Assembly (NCBI GenBank): GCA_043228905.1
Contig: JBHGNT010000010.1
Coordinates: forward strand, 21,514,001-21,578,000
Direction: 5' to 3'
DNA: 64,000 bases
Origin: Azolla caroliniana
Taxonomy: Eukaryota; Plantae; Polypodiophyta
Every line of letters begins with the position of its first letter. Positions within the stretch are counted from its first letter, which is position 1. The notes below the pieces were generated by a model. That model saw nothing but the letters and a program-made list of their open reading frames with translations. It ran no database searches and was not told the origin of the DNA. Below, piece by piece: positions 28,533-42,100 of the stretch. The position numbers and the translations under genes are program-made.

Positions 28533-30931
28533 AATTTTTTGGGCCTTTCCTTCTTCTTCTTCTTCTTCTTCTTCTATCGTGATATTCATTAAGACTCACA
28601 CACACTATTGCTTCCACAAACTTTGTTTGAGAAACTCTTCTATACAAAGCCTATGAGATATAATTCATAATAATAATAGGTAAATGTTTTCGTGGAATGA
28701 CTTGTAGTTAAAGATAAGTACATGTTTTCTTTTGTGTATTATGATCCTTTGTGAAATTCTTCTCTGTTTTTTGCATTCAACATCGTATATATATTGCTCC
28801 AACAAATAAGAAGCATCCACACACTATGCGTCAATGTCTAGATCTCGAAATAAATATCATCCAATCATATGTTGAAATGGTAGAAGTCCATATCAATCAT
28901 GCAAGAGATTTCATATGATGCTAGGTTTAGAACAAGTGTGGCTAATGTGGCTTAGTCACTAAATGTTTGAGGGTAACACAACTTGCTTGTCCTACTAAGG
29001 TTGTTGGATTTATGTGTGGATATATGAGAAGGAAAAGGAACAAAAGCTTCAGCAAGTTCCCCCTTCAGTTTCTATACCTAGTTTTTTCTTACTTATTTCA
29101 AAGTGGCAAGTGTTTTGAATCCCCCATTGAGTCCTAATAAATGTTTATACACATGTTGCCTAGTTTCTCCTCACTTCTTCCTTGGTGATTGGCTAATTCA
29201 ATCCCTCGATCAAAGCTCTAGAAATATTCTATGTAGGGAATATAATTTACTCACATGGAAACATGGCATTTACTCCAATGAAATTTGGTAACTACATGCT
29301 AGCAAGAAGTGTCCAATTTGTGTAAGAGGCAATGCTTTCCAATTGAACATCATCATGTGCCAAACATTGATTGTGGTGTTGGGATAAATACAACGATGAA
29401 GCTACGAATTCATATAAAAACCAATGTATGCATATATAAATGTAGGGAAGAGGACATTTATTCCCTTTTTCTTCGTTCAATTGTGTGAAGCTTATGCAAA
29501 GTTCCAATGAATATAATATACATGGTCATATATGGCATTATCTATTAACATTTTTTGTTTCAATTTTTGTGCAAAGGTGTCTATGATATGTAATTGTATA
29601 ATCATTCAAGGTCTCGACTCAAAAAGAAGTGTACGATTTTTAAAGCTAGATTCAAAGAATTGTAATGTGACGACAAAACTCAAATAAGTTTTTTGGTGTT
29701 GCCTCGTGTTATCATTTCCACTACTTTTATTTGTAGGAAACATGTCAAATGCCACTCCATTTTTTTGGAGCAAATTGTTAGCGTCCACGAATGATCGCTA
29801 GTTGAATTAATGTTACATGTGTAAAGTGTGTAAACTGACATAAATCTCCCCAAATGTATTAGAGACTCAAGGAGCACAAACTTGTGGACTTCGAAAAAAG
29901 CTTATTCAAGATTTCTTTCACGGATAGCGTGGCAAAACTTGGACGGCTTACTAAAAGGGCAAGTGCCACATTAGTTATTGATGGATTGGTTGAGTCTGAG
30001 TCAACATCTCTTCCTACCACGCCAATTGGAAACTTTTGAATATTCAAGATCAAACAATACAATAAAAGGACAGATTTTGCCATTTTCATGAAAAAGCAAA
30101 AGTTACAAAGCATGGCCCTTCTATTAGATGCAAGATTCATTGCATGAAAAGGTGGATTCAATAGACGATGCAACATCAACTCACACAGTGGTACATTGTT
30201 TGTGAACAAAGAACCTAAAAAAAAAGTGCCTCAAATCACTCAATTGTTAAGGATAGTAAAAAACCAAGACTTCCCACCATTCTACTTTGTCCATAAGAAA
30301 GAATTTGAACAGGGTTGGTAGCATTTCGTACCATCAAAACGTTACTAACGAGGAAATGTTTGTCTATAATCAATTTCTTTTAGACGTCATTCGTTCGTAC
30401 GTGAGGGTGAAATAACCAATTTATCCATGACTCCAATCCATCAAGCATATGGGTACGAATACCCAACATTTGGATAAGAGACAACTTCCTCCAAACCTGG
30501 AGTTATGCGACACCTACTATGGACGGTCCAAAATAACTCGATTTTGGGTAAGTAGGGAGCCCAACATCTCCGAACGCTTGCAGAAATGAAGCCTAGGGCC
30601 GTACGATCAAAATCAAGTCGTGCACAGACAAGAAGACACGGACACCTGGGGCTCCAGTGTGGTCATGATCTCGCTCGCGCATTTGGTTCCGGGAGGCTCT
30701 AAATAATGACTTCCATTATGAAAGAAAAAAAAACACACCAACATGACTAGTAAGTAGTAACTTACAACAAAGTATACAACCCTTTCTATGGATCTACATT
30801 CTAAATACTACAAACTCAATTCCACACACCAATTCTTCTTAGAAGACGTTAATATATCTTTCTTTCTTTCTCTCTCTCTCTCTCTCTCTCATTTATTTGT
30901 TCTTTGTTCTCTTCTTTCCTGTTGTTTAGCT

Positions 30932-32630
30932 ATGGCGTACTCCATCTCTTCTCGCTTCCTTAGCTCTCATCCTTCCGCTCGCTCTTCTCTGCTTCAAAAA
31001 ACCTCTCCTCGACTCACTTCATCTCCTATTCCTGTTGCCGCCTCCCTCCTTCCGAAGAGTTCTTCTTCTCCGTCCTCTTCTTCACATCGTAACGTCCAGC
31101 CGCACGCCATTGATCCTCGCCTTTCTGCAATCTCAGATCAAGACCCCGGCTCTTCTTCTTCTTCTTCTTCTTCTTTATCTTCTTCTGTTTCTCCATCGGC
31201 AAAGATCGTTTTGCCTCCCCGTTTGTGTACTCTTAGAGAATTCGGTGATGGTATGGTTGCTGTGGATGACGTTGATTCTGCTTCTGAGACCAACGTTTCG
31301 AATTTCTTCCAATCTCTTGCAGCTAATATCGAGCTTTCTGCAAAGGTTCAAGACTGGGAGATACTCTCTGGACGCCTAGCCATGGTAACCTGTAAAACTC
31401 GTCTACTTTGATTTTTACTCTTTTTCGTTTGTGATTTGGAACAGTTAAGAGGTGGACGTATCAAATCTTTGTCTGTTTACGATGCAACCTTTCACCATAT
31501 CTGGAGGAAATTTACACTAACAATTTATAAACTCCATACCTGCTCATCTTAATGAGCACCGGAGTAAAACGAAGTGCCAAAGATTACCGCCCATGCAGAA
31601 ATCCACGAGCAATCCGATTGGATTGATCTCTCCTCAGCATGCAGACAAACTTATATCTCAGAAGGAAAGATATAACTTTTCTTATGATATTGTTTGTATT
31701 TCAGAGGAAAGAGCATCAGGAGTATCCTATGGATAACACCTGTGTCTTGTGGAACCTTAACTTAATCCATCAGGGAAACAGTTTAAGCCACTCCCCTTAT
31801 TTCTATCCCGTATATTGAAGACTCAAGAGTATCTTGCCAACCTATCATGAATCCCATCTAATAATCCCTAGTGATGCGTATCTCACATCTGCCATGAATT
31901 CTTCAATCTCTCTTTAATCGGTCATGACTTCCATGTTTATACATAAAGAAAAGGGATTAAGCTCTGTATGTCTCATGTGTCTCGTTTATTTCTTATTCCC
32001 TTTATCAAATAGTAAGTTGCTTTAGCCTGTGATGTATTACTCAATCTTTCTTGCATTTGTACATTGGCTGTTTTTATGTTTTCCTTGAATTTGCAATGAG
32101 TTCTTAGCTTTTTCATTGAATTTGCAATGAGTTCTTAACTTTTTCATTGAATTTGCAATGAATTCCTCAATCTGTAATGAAATTCTTATTTTTCACTATG
32201 GCATGATGAATCAGAAATCCTATGTCTTGAATTCCAAGAATCAGTAATGAAATCTTCAACCGTTTTATGTGCGACAATATGACTATTGTTCCTAAATACT
32301 CTTTATGTGTCTTAAGACCTTTGGGGCGGGACACCTCTGATGAGAAAAATTAAATGTATGTTGCATATTCCTCTGCAGGTGGTGTTTGCTTCTGCAGTAG
32401 TTGCTGAAGCTGTAACAGGAAACAGTTTGTTTGAGAAGATGGATCCACAACGTCTTCTGGGAATTTGTTTAGCCATTCTCACCTCCAGCCTTATGGCTGC
32501 AGGATTTGCATTTGCGCTGGAAGCAAAAACTCGAGTAGCTTATAGCTTCTCAAAAGGATATGAAAACCTCATGAATTCCTTGATTGACAAAGTCTTCGAT
32601 ACCATTCTGTTTGATATTGACGAGGAATAA
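30932..32630 (+). CDS. SEP2: Stress-enhanced protein 2 (two-helix LHC-like, chloroplast); exons 30932-31384, 32379-32630
   Basis: Ser-rich transit peptide; PRLCTLR; LHC-motif helix DWEILSGRLAMVVFASAVVAEAVTGNSLFEKMD; second hydrophobic helix. Confidence 0.85.
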
Positions 32631-33948
32631 GATGGTTTTATTTAATTGGCCAGTTTAACATAAACATATGACCGTTTAACATAAAATCTCCATTGTATAT
32701 GATATCAAATTCTTTACTAGCAGAAGGCATCTTCAGCCGCGTCTTCTTCGACCTGGTTATCTGAGGATACCCTATATTAGAGCTTGTAATTATATGAAGT
32801 ATTAGAGGCTGCTCTGCTTTAGTTGTATCTTATCTAATGACTACACATATATTTCGCAATAGTTTGACTAAAACCTATATAGACTTACTAGATTTCAAGT
32901 TGAAGAAGAAATCATGGAATAGATGAAGAGCTAATTTCAGAAGAAAATATATTTTTAATTGTTCTCCTATTATTAGCTGTGAATCTTAAATTTCTATGAA
33001 ATTTTATGTACATTTGTGGTGTTTTTTGGGTAAGTTCTAGTTTAGGCCAAGAAGTAAAGAAGCTAAATAAATAAATCCATAGACACCGATAATTGCCTGA
33101 TGGTGTTCCTTTAGACATACTAACACATCAAGCTCAATGGCACAGAAAGAGATTTGCATAATTATCTAACACTTATTGAAGAAATCTAGCATCTCGCTCT
33201 CATTGATATGCAATCCCCAAAGAGAGATTTGTAACGATGCACAAAAGTAAAGCATGATAAAGCAATGCTTGTAAGGTTCAAAAAGAAAAAACTTTAGTGT
33301 CAAACCATAGGCGTTGTCCAATAGTCAAGTTGTGGCCTCACAAGATTCCTTTACAATAGGTTTCGGCTCCACCCCCATATATTGAATATTCCCAACCTCC
33401 ACGTTATGATATCAAGCCCATTCAAAGAGGGAATATTATTTGTTACAAAAAAGGGGTTGGCTATATATTAAATCACGATTTGTGGTTATTGAGTCATCAT
33501 TCCTAGTAGCTCTCTTAAATCACGATTTATGGTTATTGAGTCATCATTCCTCATAGCTCTCTTCCAACAAGGTTACAAGTTCTTAATACTAATGAGGAAA
33601 ATCTTTGAAGAAAAAAAAAAACAAGGTTACAAGTTCTTATTTGAGGTGCATATTGCTTCAATATTAGAGTAGGAGAAAAATGATGATCAATCCTTGCAAT
33701 TAGAAGGATGGACAAAGTAAGATTGCATTCACATGCAAGAAGGACAATATCTTAGCATTGTGAGTTTTCTTATTTACAAGTGATGAGAACAAATAAAGGC
33801 ATGTCTAAGGAGATATGTTTTATTGATCTCCTACATTGGCCATCATAACTATTTTGTTGATTTGCCCATTTCCTCTAACATGTTGGATTTTAACTGGATC
33901 ATTATTCCTCACATTCCAAATTGATGGAGAATTATCTCCCTATAATAG

Positions 33949-34010
<62 letters not shown>

Positions 34011-34307
34011 GCATTTCGACGACTTTTGGATGTAGAAGAACTACGGAAATCGATTTCAGAGTTTTACTTGCATGAAATTGGTATGGGCAGGATTGTACAA
34101 AATATGTATGGTAGAGAGTTAGAAGCCAATGGAGTGGGTGCTGTGCCACGAGACCAAGATGGTGAGAGTGTGTGAGAGCCCATCTCGTGACATGCCCAAG
34201 CCTCGAGAGCGAGCGAGGGGTTACTTGTGGTGGGCTTCTATCATAATGTGTGGATAATGATGAGTAAAACATATACATACATACATACTGGGAGTGGGAA
34301 TCAGTTG

Positions 34308-37101
34308 ATGATGGATATGGCTTCTCTGTGTACAAACAGCAATGGAATTATTCCTCCCTTCACATGGAAACAGCCTCTCCCTCACTTGTGCAGAACAGCT
34401 CAGTGTGCTGTTAACATCAATGCGAGAAGACCATCGTCTTCTTCGTGGCCGTCACTGTCTTCTTCTTTCTTTTCTTTAGTTTCTTCTTCTGCCCCTTTTT
34501 TAGTTTCATCTTCTAAGACAACCGTCTCGTCATCGCGTCTCAAAGCAGAAGAAGAAGAAGAAGAAGAAGGAGGAGGAAGCGAAGAACAACAGGAGGATCC
34601 CAGGATCAGACCGATTTTTTCCTTGTCCACCCCTTACAATGACATCACTGTCCTTGAAATCCCCAAAAATATGCCTTCTGAATTCGCTGGATCCAAATTA
34701 CTTCTTTTGGACGATTCAGGTAAGCTCTTGCCATACATCTTTTCTGCACATTTTGATGTGTCTTTTCCGTTGTTGAAAACACCCTAGCATTTTAGTGTTC
34801 AGTTTGATAATGCATGTCTTTTTCTGTGCATGTGAAAGGAGTAGCAGCATAAGTAAATTTTATCCACATTCCTTGCTTGGTATAAAGTCCTAGCAGCCGC
34901 TCTTGAATTCAGGAATTGCTGTCTTTCTAAGGGGGACATTCTTTGAGCCATTAAGTAATTCAGTTGATTGAAATTGTGGGTCTACAATATTCAGAAGTAT
35001 TATGAAAACATGAGTAAAAAATAAACTTAGGATTATAGGTTATAACTTATAATTATATCATTAATTCAATATTAAAAAATTTCCCTTAAGCCACAAACTA
35101 ATAAATTGATAATTTGGAACCAAACCAAACCAAACCAAAAACCGTTAACTCCCAGAAGAACTGTTTTCCAGCTATGGAACTTAAACTGAACCAAACAATT
35201 AATCTTTTGGCTCAAATTGTTACTTTTAATTTTTATGTATGAAGATTCCAAACCTTGACCCAAAACCATGATTCATTTTAGCGTATTAATTTAATGCATA
35301 TGCTTTAATTGTGCTTCGAAGTCGAAATGATTCATTTACATATATGAAGTAATCTAGAGTGGGCTATGATTTCTATGCTTCACCAGTGACCTCACATGGT
35401 TTAGATATGTCAAATTGGGTTCACAGGAAATGTTCATAGCATTTACAAGGATGATTCCAAATGGACTGGCTTATATTGGGTAAGGATCAATCCCAAGTTG
35501 CAACTACTTAGGACTTCTTGCTGCTTTCTGGTTGTTGCCAGTTTCTTGTTGGATTCTGTATGAATGGAAATGTTTACAAATCCGTCTTTTTTTCCCATGA
35601 TTGGAGGTCATATAACTCAATAAAATGTCAAATAAATAAATTATTTAGACATATAGACACATACATACATACACACACACACACATCCACAACATCTGAC
35701 TAGTTCAAATTGCATTATGGATGGAATTTTCAGAGTTCTAGTGCATCAAACTTGACTATGATTTGGTTATGCAAATACCCAGGATCAGTTTACGACTCTA
35801 CCACCCATTATTCCAGATGGGCCTATTGCAATTCTTGGTCTGGTATAATTTCCGTCGGGGGTTTTCTCTTTCTGGTGTTCACACATAAATATGTTTTTAC
35901 ATTTAAATGCAAATGGCTTCAGGGAGGCGGTACGTCGGCACGCTTATTGCTTGATATATGGCCATCCTGCAAGCTTTTAGGCTGGGAAATCGATTTTGTG
36001 GTAATCATTAGAAACTTGTATCTTCTATTTTTATCTGCAAAAATAGGCTCCTCCATCTTGAAACTGGTCATGATCTCCATTTATTAGCTCTTATATATGA
36101 TACACATTTTTATCCTGAGATAATGAAATTCCTTAGTTATATTCTGCTATTTTTAGCTCATTGATGTAGCTAGAACATATTTTGGATTGGCTGAGTTGGA
36201 AGTTCCGAATTCTAAAGGAGGTGTGCTTGAGGTCTTTATTGATGATGCTCTTCAGCCTTCAGCAACTACAGATGGTGGATTTGCTGGTATGGGAAATTCT
36301 AGTAATTTTTGTCAGGTATTGGTTTTACAGTTTGTTTGCAATTGGCTAGCAACAATATGATTATAATTGTCTGGTCACAAGTGATTGCAAACACAGTTAC
36401 ATGGATGCTCTATACTGTTGCAAAGAACAGTTATATAGATGATCTTGCAGTGATAAACTGATGTTATTGTCCTTATTTATCTCTAAAGGAACATCTATGT
36501 ATGTTTCAGGGATAATTGTTGACTTATATGCTAATGGAGAGATCCTTCCTCAGCTGAAGCAGGTATCCTTATATTGGAAGTCAGATCTATGGCTATTCAT
36601 TCTTATAACCTGGCAGTTCTCTGTAATATTTGGACCTCTTGATTGTGTTTAAGATGATCTATCTTCAAGTGCAGCCAGATACATGGCTCAAATTGAAGGA
36701 AAAGCTAAAGGCTGGTGGCCGCATAATGGTGAATTGTGGTGGTATATGTGTTGAAAAAAGTGATCCAAAGTCAGAAGTGGACGATGGAACATGGACATGG
36801 GAGGATGGGGGTTATGCCAAGGAAGCTACATTGAAAGCTATGGGACATGCGTTTCCTCAGGTGAATGCCATTTGAATTCCTTTGTTTGCTTGACCTATCA
36901 AAGTATAATGTATATAGTGTTCCAATCTTGCTAAGCTTGGAGCTAATTCATTTGCAGCAGTTATTATTCCGAAAGATGGATGGTGATTCTAGCAATTTTA
37001 TGGCCTTAACCGGTCCTCTTCCTGATCTCTCAACTTGGGCAGCAACTCTTCCTGGTGAGCTCCAGAAAGGCCTAAGCAATTGGAGAACTTATTCTTTGTA
37101 A
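34308..37101 (+). CDS. SAM-dependent methyltransferase (class I, spermidine-synthase-like), probably plastid-targeted; exons ~34308-34719, 35427-35479, 35783-35842, 35923-36000, 36157-36286, 36510-36562, 36675-36860, 36958/36961-37101
   Basis: LLLLDDSGNVHSIY..WTGLYWD..GPIAILGLGGGTSARLL (GxGxG), GWEID, GIIVDLY, GGRIMVNCGG. Start codon is one of 34308/34311/34317. Confidence 0.85.
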
Positions 37102-37906
37102 TAGTAGAATAGTCTCATGTTGTAATGTGTATCGTATCATTATAATTCATTTTCTTGTAGGATAGTCTCATTTTGGTCCAACTTTTGTTGGATTCTTGGA
37201 GGATAGTAATGCTTCTATTGATGGTCTCTATCTCTTGTTAATATATATTTCTTTCTTTCCTTCTCTTAGAACTTGTTCAATATATTGTATTATTCAAAAC
37301 CCATATAAAAAGTTAAAACATGTCTACCTAGCACAATGATGTAAACATACTCTTGAGTGCGCTTGCAATCTCATATTCTTTAGGTCTTGCAAACATCCAA
37401 GGGACATCTTGATGACAATATGATTTTTCTTTGCGCATTGATATATATGATCATTAAAAACGTATTTAAAGACCATAAACGCATTTTTGCATTGTCACAT
37501 ATGCTACATAAACTTATGTTGGATATTTATGTTCAGTAGTCTCTAAACTACTCCAAAAGACGAGAGTTTGACGAAACAATCACACGTACAAGTGAGCGGG
37601 TTAGTTGATGAATCAATAGTATGCTTAATGAGTTTTCTTGATGAGATGAGAGACTTATTTCTATTGAATGATCAACTGACACAATCTTATTGACATGGAA
37701 GATAACAATTACAAGAACATTTTCCAATGCCATGTTTATGAGTGTTTTTGGATAATGATAGGTTCCATGTTTCGACTCAAATATTGGGAAATATTTGATA
37801 GATCCTATGTATTCTGTTGTCTTAAACTCAAGTATTTCCATGAACCCATAGATCGTATCATTCCATTGGGTGTCAATTGTTCGGTTCCATCACCAGCTTC
37901 CCTACT

Positions 37907-37949
<43 letters not shown>

Positions 37950-37951
<2 letters not shown>

Positions 37952-38178
37952 ATATAGTGCAATTCGTGAAAGCTATGATGATATATTTAGAGGGGTGATG
38001 AGTTGAGTGTCACACTAAAGAGAACACCTAGAAGGTTGAACTCATATGTGTATGCCTTACTCACACATCAAGACTTGGTGCTTGAAAGTATGAACATCCC
38101 TTCTTAGGAAGGAGAAACACATCAAGATAACTTTTGTACTTAGGTCCTATGGGTCAATATTGGCCTCTCTATGGACAC

Positions 38179-38229
<51 letters not shown>

Positions 38230-38492
38230 ATATAGTGCAATTTGTGAAAGATATGATGATGTGTTTAGAGGGGTGACGACTTGAGTGTCACACTAAATAG
38301 AATACTACAATTAAGCTCATATGTGTATGCCTTATTCACACATCAAGACTTGGTGCTTCAAAGTACGAATATCCCTTCTTAGGGTTATGAAGGAGACACA
38401 CTTCAAGATAACTTTTGTACTTAGGTCCTTTGGGTCAATACATATTGGCCTCTCTATGGACGCTAAATCTCTCTCTCTCTCTCTCTCTCTCT
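37950..38492. repeat. Two ~235-bp direct copies (37950-38182, 38228-38467), each flanked by (CT)n
   Basis: ACATATAGTGCAATT..GAGTGTCACACTAAA..CACATCAAGACTTGGTGCTT..TTGGCCTCTCTATGGAC present twice, separated and flanked by CT microsatellites. Confidence 0.9.
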
Positions 38493-39178
38493 ACACACTC
38501 TCTCTCTCACACACACATAGGCATGAGAGTTGGACAAAAAAAGAAGTAAGCATTTAGTGCATACAAAGTTCCTTGGGTTTCAATCTTCACTCCGTTTCTA
38601 CAAAATAGCTCTTACTTCACATTGGAAATCATGGCATTCTCTTGTAGTATTGCAAGTTGGCAACTTTTAAGAGGGACACTAGCAACACGATCCTTAGAAG
38701 AAGACGTTTCCAATGGCTACAAACCAGACAAGTGTAGTAGAAGTGTAGGTGGAGAAGGAGGAGCGAGCATGTGTACTTTTGATTCAACCCCCCCCAACCA
38801 ATGTCATTGCGATCTGACCGATGATTCTTGTGTCACGGGTGGTTTGGTTTCCAACCCGACCAACAATTCTTGTGTGGGTTTCAATCCGACCAATGACTTC
38901 TATATCTGTTTTTACATGATCACTTTAGTCCCCTCTGCCCCGCGTAATTGTGCTTGCATGCCAGCCAAAGATTCATGCCACATCAGCATCGACCCAAGTC
39001 TAGCCAGACATCCGTACTATTCCTGCAGCCAATGATTTTTAGCCACATCAGCACGAGATTCTCTCTCTGCCACATCAGCATTTTCGCCCTCTTCCCTCCC
39101 TTTTCTTTCTTTCCTTCTTCGGTTTTGTACGACGAAGCAGACTTATATCATCTCTGTGTGTGCGTGTCTGAGATAGAG

Positions 39179-42100
39179 ATGTCGGATCTTCCTTCCTCTT
39201 CTTCTACCCCTTCATCGTCTTCTGTTCCATTGCGAGTTGCGGGATGCTGGTCTGGGCAAATTGAAGCTTTTCTGGACCTATGGACTGTGGCAGACCTTCG
39301 TTCTTCCCTTTCTTCTTCCTCTGGAGTTCCCGTCGATTCTTTCAATGCAATTTGTGCAGGAAAGATCCTGAAAGACATCGGTTCTAGTACTCTCAGGCAA
39401 GTAGGCGTTAAGCCTAACTCCAAGATTCTTATGACTAGAATCGCTCCACGCCAACATACTTCTGCACTCCTCGCTGAAGAAGAACGCCATGCTCGCCTCG
39501 CAAGAATCAAGTATGATATTTATCCCTCTCCTTTGTGATGTGTCTGATAATATCAAGCTAGTCTCTCACTCGTATCCTGATTTATTTATGTTCTTTCGCA
39601 TCCTGATTTATTTATGTCATTGCCAATTATCCAAGTAAGTCTCTCCCTCTCTCTCGTATCCTAGTTTGTAGATATTACTGACCATAATCCAATTAAGTCT
39701 TCCGCCCTCTCTCTCATCCTTTTGTGGTGCTTTGAGAAGAGTCAAAGTAATTCTTTCTTACCTTTGCATATTTTGTGATGTTTCTGACGGGTATTCATGT
39801 CTGAAAAAAACCAGTAAAATTGATGAGAATTGATGTTTCTTACCTTTGGTGTTATTGATGAGAATTGATGTCAGACTAACATGGAAACCACTACTTAAGG
39901 ATTCATTTAGGATAGAACCAGAAAACGTGTCCTTTGGTGTTATTGATGCGAATTGATTCAGATTAACATGGAAACCACGACTGTGCTCGACTTTTGGTGC
40001 TTCCAAAGAGGAAGCTGAGGGTTTGTTAGGATTGATGTCTGTGATAGTCTTGTAAACCATTACTGTACTTGACGTTCAAGGTTTCTGATGAGAAGATTCA
40101 TATCGTATGAAACCATTAAATTCATGGCTTGCAACAATTTATATTTTTTTCAGTGTTTCTGATGAGGATCTTCATGACTGAGAGGTCAGCAAAACTTGCC
40201 TTCTGGTATTTCTCATCTGAATTCATGTCTGAGACATCCATGATAGTGATTACTGTGCCTGAGGTTAGTTCTTTTTTGTGAGGAAATTAACGTCTAGTGA
40301 GGATTCATAGCCGTTTCAGCATTTTTATTGAGTATATTCACGTCTTTGAGAACTCCTATCATTTTTTGGTGTTTCAAATGAAGATGCATGTGTGAAAATT
40401 TCAAGAAAACCAGGATTTTCTTTACCTTCTGTAGGTTTTTGTTGAAAATTCATATCCGATGAGAATTTTTACTTTTTGTAGGTGTTTTTGATGAGAATGA
40501 TGGATATTCATAAATGAAGTATTATGCCTAGAATTTCAGGGTTTATGTCTGAGAAATCCATTGAAACCATTCTTGTATTTGAAATTGTTGATCAGAGTGG
40601 CAGCTGATGCAATGGTGAAGCGAAGTGGTCAAAACACTCATTGGGAGGAACGTTTTGATATCCAACTTGAAAATCAGAGTGGCGATAAGCTGCGGCTCAA
40701 TTCTGAAGATGATAGGAAGTAAGTCTAGAAGTTTTTGTTATATATGTTTATGTGATCCATTTGAGATTAGAGAATGTCACCCTTGTAGCAGAAAGCAAGG
40801 TAATTCATGACTTATCAGAGATAGTGATCCGTTTCAGAATAAAGAACATGGCAATATTAGGATATGTTTTCTCAAGGATATGGCCTTTGAAGCAAGAATT
40901 GGAATTGTTAAGCAAAGAGGCTACTAAAAACTTCCCATTCTATGTGTTTGTGTTGTCTGCTAATCTTTAAGAATTTATGACTTGCCTGAAATAGTCTGAT
41001 AGTATCTTAATGGATGCATTGTTTCGAAATTCTGAAGGGCATTGATGCTGGGGCTGATGCTACATGCAAAAGCCCGAGACCTTATTCTACACGAGAACTA
41101 TGCAGAAGCACTTGAAGTTCTAGCTATGGCAGAAGTAAGTGCTCTCTGATCATTGATCAATTTCTGCTCAGTGTACATTGTATAGTCACATTCCCATACA
41201 TATCTATCTCCATGAAGTCTGTATTACATAGTATTGCTTCTTTTTTATTGTAACTGCAGGAGGCTTTTGACATTTGTGATTCAGGAGTGTTAGAGGTATG
41301 CCTGTTTTAGACACACTGCATTTTCGTTTCTTTGATATAATTTGTATGTGCCAATTCTCTTTAAATTTCAAATTTCAGGCTGTAGATAACGTGGCTTTCC
41401 TTCAACTTGATACTGTATGGTGCTATTTTGCTCTCAAAGATATGGCAAAACTCACGGATGCAGGAAAACGACTTGGTGAAGCACGAAAAGGGTTTCTACA
41501 AGCTCATGGGCCAAAACTAGAAAGAATTCGCATATTGCATGGATCCTTTTGCCCAGAGCTTGCAGTGTAAGGTTCAGTTTTAACTATGCCTTGAAATTTC
41601 CTTCAATGGTCTATTGCTTTGCAATGAAATGTTGCCAATTGGTTGATTCTAGCTGGAGGAGCTCAAGGGAAATGAGAGACAAAGGTGTTTCAGCAATAAC
41701 CAAAACTTCTAATATTTATTGGAATCATTGAAGATCCTATGGCCACTCAAAAAACAAAATTCCTCCCAGGGACATGACACTGGTGTGCAACATCCTGTGA
41801 AGTGCGAGGGAAATAACAATCAAAAGGAACATGTTGCTCATCAACAAGAATTCAAAGAAAACAAGGGACAATAGGTACATGTTTCGAGTGGCTATGGGGT
41901 CTTTGATAATTACATGCTAATAAAAGCTAGTGCCTCTTGTCTCTTATTTCCCTTGGGCGCTTGTTGATGAACACAACATCATACTTCTTGTCATTTCCCT
42001 CACTCTTCACAGGATAGTGGACACAAGTCTTGCGTCTCTCAGGATGTAAGAGAGGAACTCATGTGTTCTGAGTGACCATAGGGTTTTCAATGATTCCCAT

